NCBI GenBank assembly: GCA_963763215.1
Contig: CAVXNX010000006.1
Coordinates: forward strand, 83,718-147,717
Direction: 5' to 3'
Source of the DNA: an uncultured Bacteroidales bacterium
Lineage (GTDB): Bacteria > Bacteroidota > Bacteroidia > Bacteroidales > GCA-2748055
Length of the DNA: 64,000 nucleotides
Positions 63,933-64,000 of this stretch are shown piece after piece; the first letter of the stretch is position 1; each line of letters begins with the position of its first letter. The position numbers and the translations under genes were made by a program. The notes beneath the pieces were generated by a model. It ran no database searches, was not told the origin of the DNA, and was given only the letters and a program-made list of their open reading frames with translations.

Positions 63933-64000
63933 ATGAAGACAATTGTTGCATTCATCGGACCATTACCTCCGCCCGTTGGAGGGGTTAGTATGATTAATCA
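63933..64000 (+). CDS. 5' end of another glycosyltransferase-like gene (runs off the window)
   Basis: ATG 63933 gives MKTIVAFIGPLPPPVGGVSMIN, a typical GT N-terminal glycine-rich loop. Only 22 codons are visible. Confidence 0.35.
   Translation, partial: MKTIVAFIGPLPPPVGGVSMIN

Overview
This 64-kb chromosomal fragment looks like Bacteroidota. Supporting signs are T9SS C-terminal sorting domains, HmuY/TonB-dependent receptor genes, many lipoprotein signal peptides and TAnnTTTG -7 promoter boxes close to start codons. There are two compositional compartments. (1) Positions 1 to ~48.5 kb are GC-rich. They carry a Na+/solute symporter + oxidoreductase + GH88-like cluster with an AraC regulator; GH3, GH43-CBM6, GH29 and GH10 glycosidases; a sigma54-type two-component system facing a MacB-type ABC exporter; a HigBA toxin-antitoxin pair; and cysteine synthase, Ogt, PanE and a DEAD-box helicase. 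(2) Positions ~48.5-64 kb are an AT-rich Wzx/Wzy-type polysaccharide locus with wza, wzc, two tandem FdtA-like isomerases, an aminotransferase, flippase, polymerase and glycosyl-/acetyl-transferases. Three things stand out. (i) An FNR-like regulator sits next to a five-gene cytochrome module: a CxxCH lipoprotein, an outer-membrane beta-barrel, a membrane-anchored heptahaem cytochrome, a cytochrome b and a monohaem cytochrome c. It is followed by a HmuY/TonB-receptor/HsmA-like set and a hexahaem lipoprotein. Together these are a candidate trans-envelope electron conduit that I cannot match to a described Bacteroidota system. (ii) A 157-bp element occurs as two perfectly identical inverted copies 45 kb apart, each flanked by TA. 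In-silico removal of one copy restores an ATGA-coupled gene junction, which is MITE-like. (iii) Roughly 30 single-nucleotide frame disruptions affect about 20 genes, mostly at short homopolymers. This means either an error-prone assembly or widespread pseudogenisation, and all frameshifted calls carry that caveat. I saw no rRNA, tRNA, CRISPR array, transposase or integrase.
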